The translations under genes and the position numbers were made by a program. From positions 140-64,139 of the forward strand of contig JAYWBT010000182.1 in NCBI GenBank assembly GCA_043781235.1: a stretch of DNA of 64,000 nt, read 5' to 3'. This document shows, one piece after another, positions 63,898 through 64,000 of this stretch; the first letter of the stretch is position 1; each line of letters starts with the position of its first letter. A model generated the notes under the pieces. It ran no database searches. It worked only from the letters and a program-made list of their open reading frames with translations, and was not told where the DNA came from. The stretch is from Deltaproteobacteria bacterium. GTDB taxonomy: Bacteria; Myxococcota; Myxococcia; Myxococcales; 40CM-4-68-19.

Positions 63898-64000
63898 AGC
63901 GATTCAATCCCAGGACAGGCGATCCCGGCTGAGCCCCTCACGGGGCGGGCTGAAAGATCCCCTCGTCGCACTCCCCGAGGGGCGCCATTCACGCTGGTTG

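Noticed and set aside
63898-64000. GC-rich hairpins after the rhodanese gene (gcccc-tcac-ggggc; cccctcg-N9-cgagggg) as terminators.
   Set aside because: The stems are short, there is no following T-tract, and the window ends here. The support is insufficient.

Overview
This is a 64-kb window of a very GC-rich bacterial chromosome with strong GC3 bias and long antisense shadow ORFs throughout. It is most likely from the Myxococcota, inferred from a MYXO-CTERM-like tail on a secreted GH18 protein and the many TPR proteins and lipoproteins. The window has two parts.

(A) 1-28,330 is an accessory island that ends at a tRNA-Gly(GCC) gene. It is transcribed almost entirely on the minus strand. From the tRNA inward it contains:
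- degraded, nested transposase fragments (27.3-28.1 kb);
- a visibly lower-GC patch with a small helical ORF and a frameshifted DUF4157-leader remnant;
- a ~1000-aa DUF4157-headed toxin with a C-terminal PD-(D/E)xK nuclease-like module and a tightly linked candidate immunity gene (22.1-25.9 kb);
- an 18-gene, translationally coupled, phage-tail-like contractile injection system (CIS) operon.

The CIS operon encodes, in order: an unknown first gene, sheath, tube, a Cys-pair protein, a Pro-rich tape-measure candidate, a DUF4255 cap, an AAA+ ATPase, a 77-aa microprotein, a tube initiator, a LysM-like protein, a gpD-like hub, a gpV spike, a PAAR-like tip, gp25, two gp6/J paralogues, a gpI-like protein, and a >1027-aa DUF6519-like/propeller-like protein. 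This last gene runs off the left edge and is absent from the ORF track. No capsid, terminase, lysis or T6SS membrane-complex genes are present in the window, so I read the locus as an eCIS-type system rather than a prophage or T6SS.

(B) 28,338-64,000 holds ordinary core genes: pgsA, TPR proteins, a lytic transglycosylase, nadB, pyrE, thiE/thiD, HtrA, clpB, truA, an SPFH pair, an ammonium transporter, GH18, 2-oxoacid dehydrogenase E1 alpha/beta, GNAT, DUF488 and rhodanese.

I saw no rRNA, CRISPR array or intact mobile element. All family assignments come from motif recognition by eye. No searches were run, and start codons were chosen from conserved N-termini, Shine-Dalgarno (SD) motifs and stop/start overlaps.
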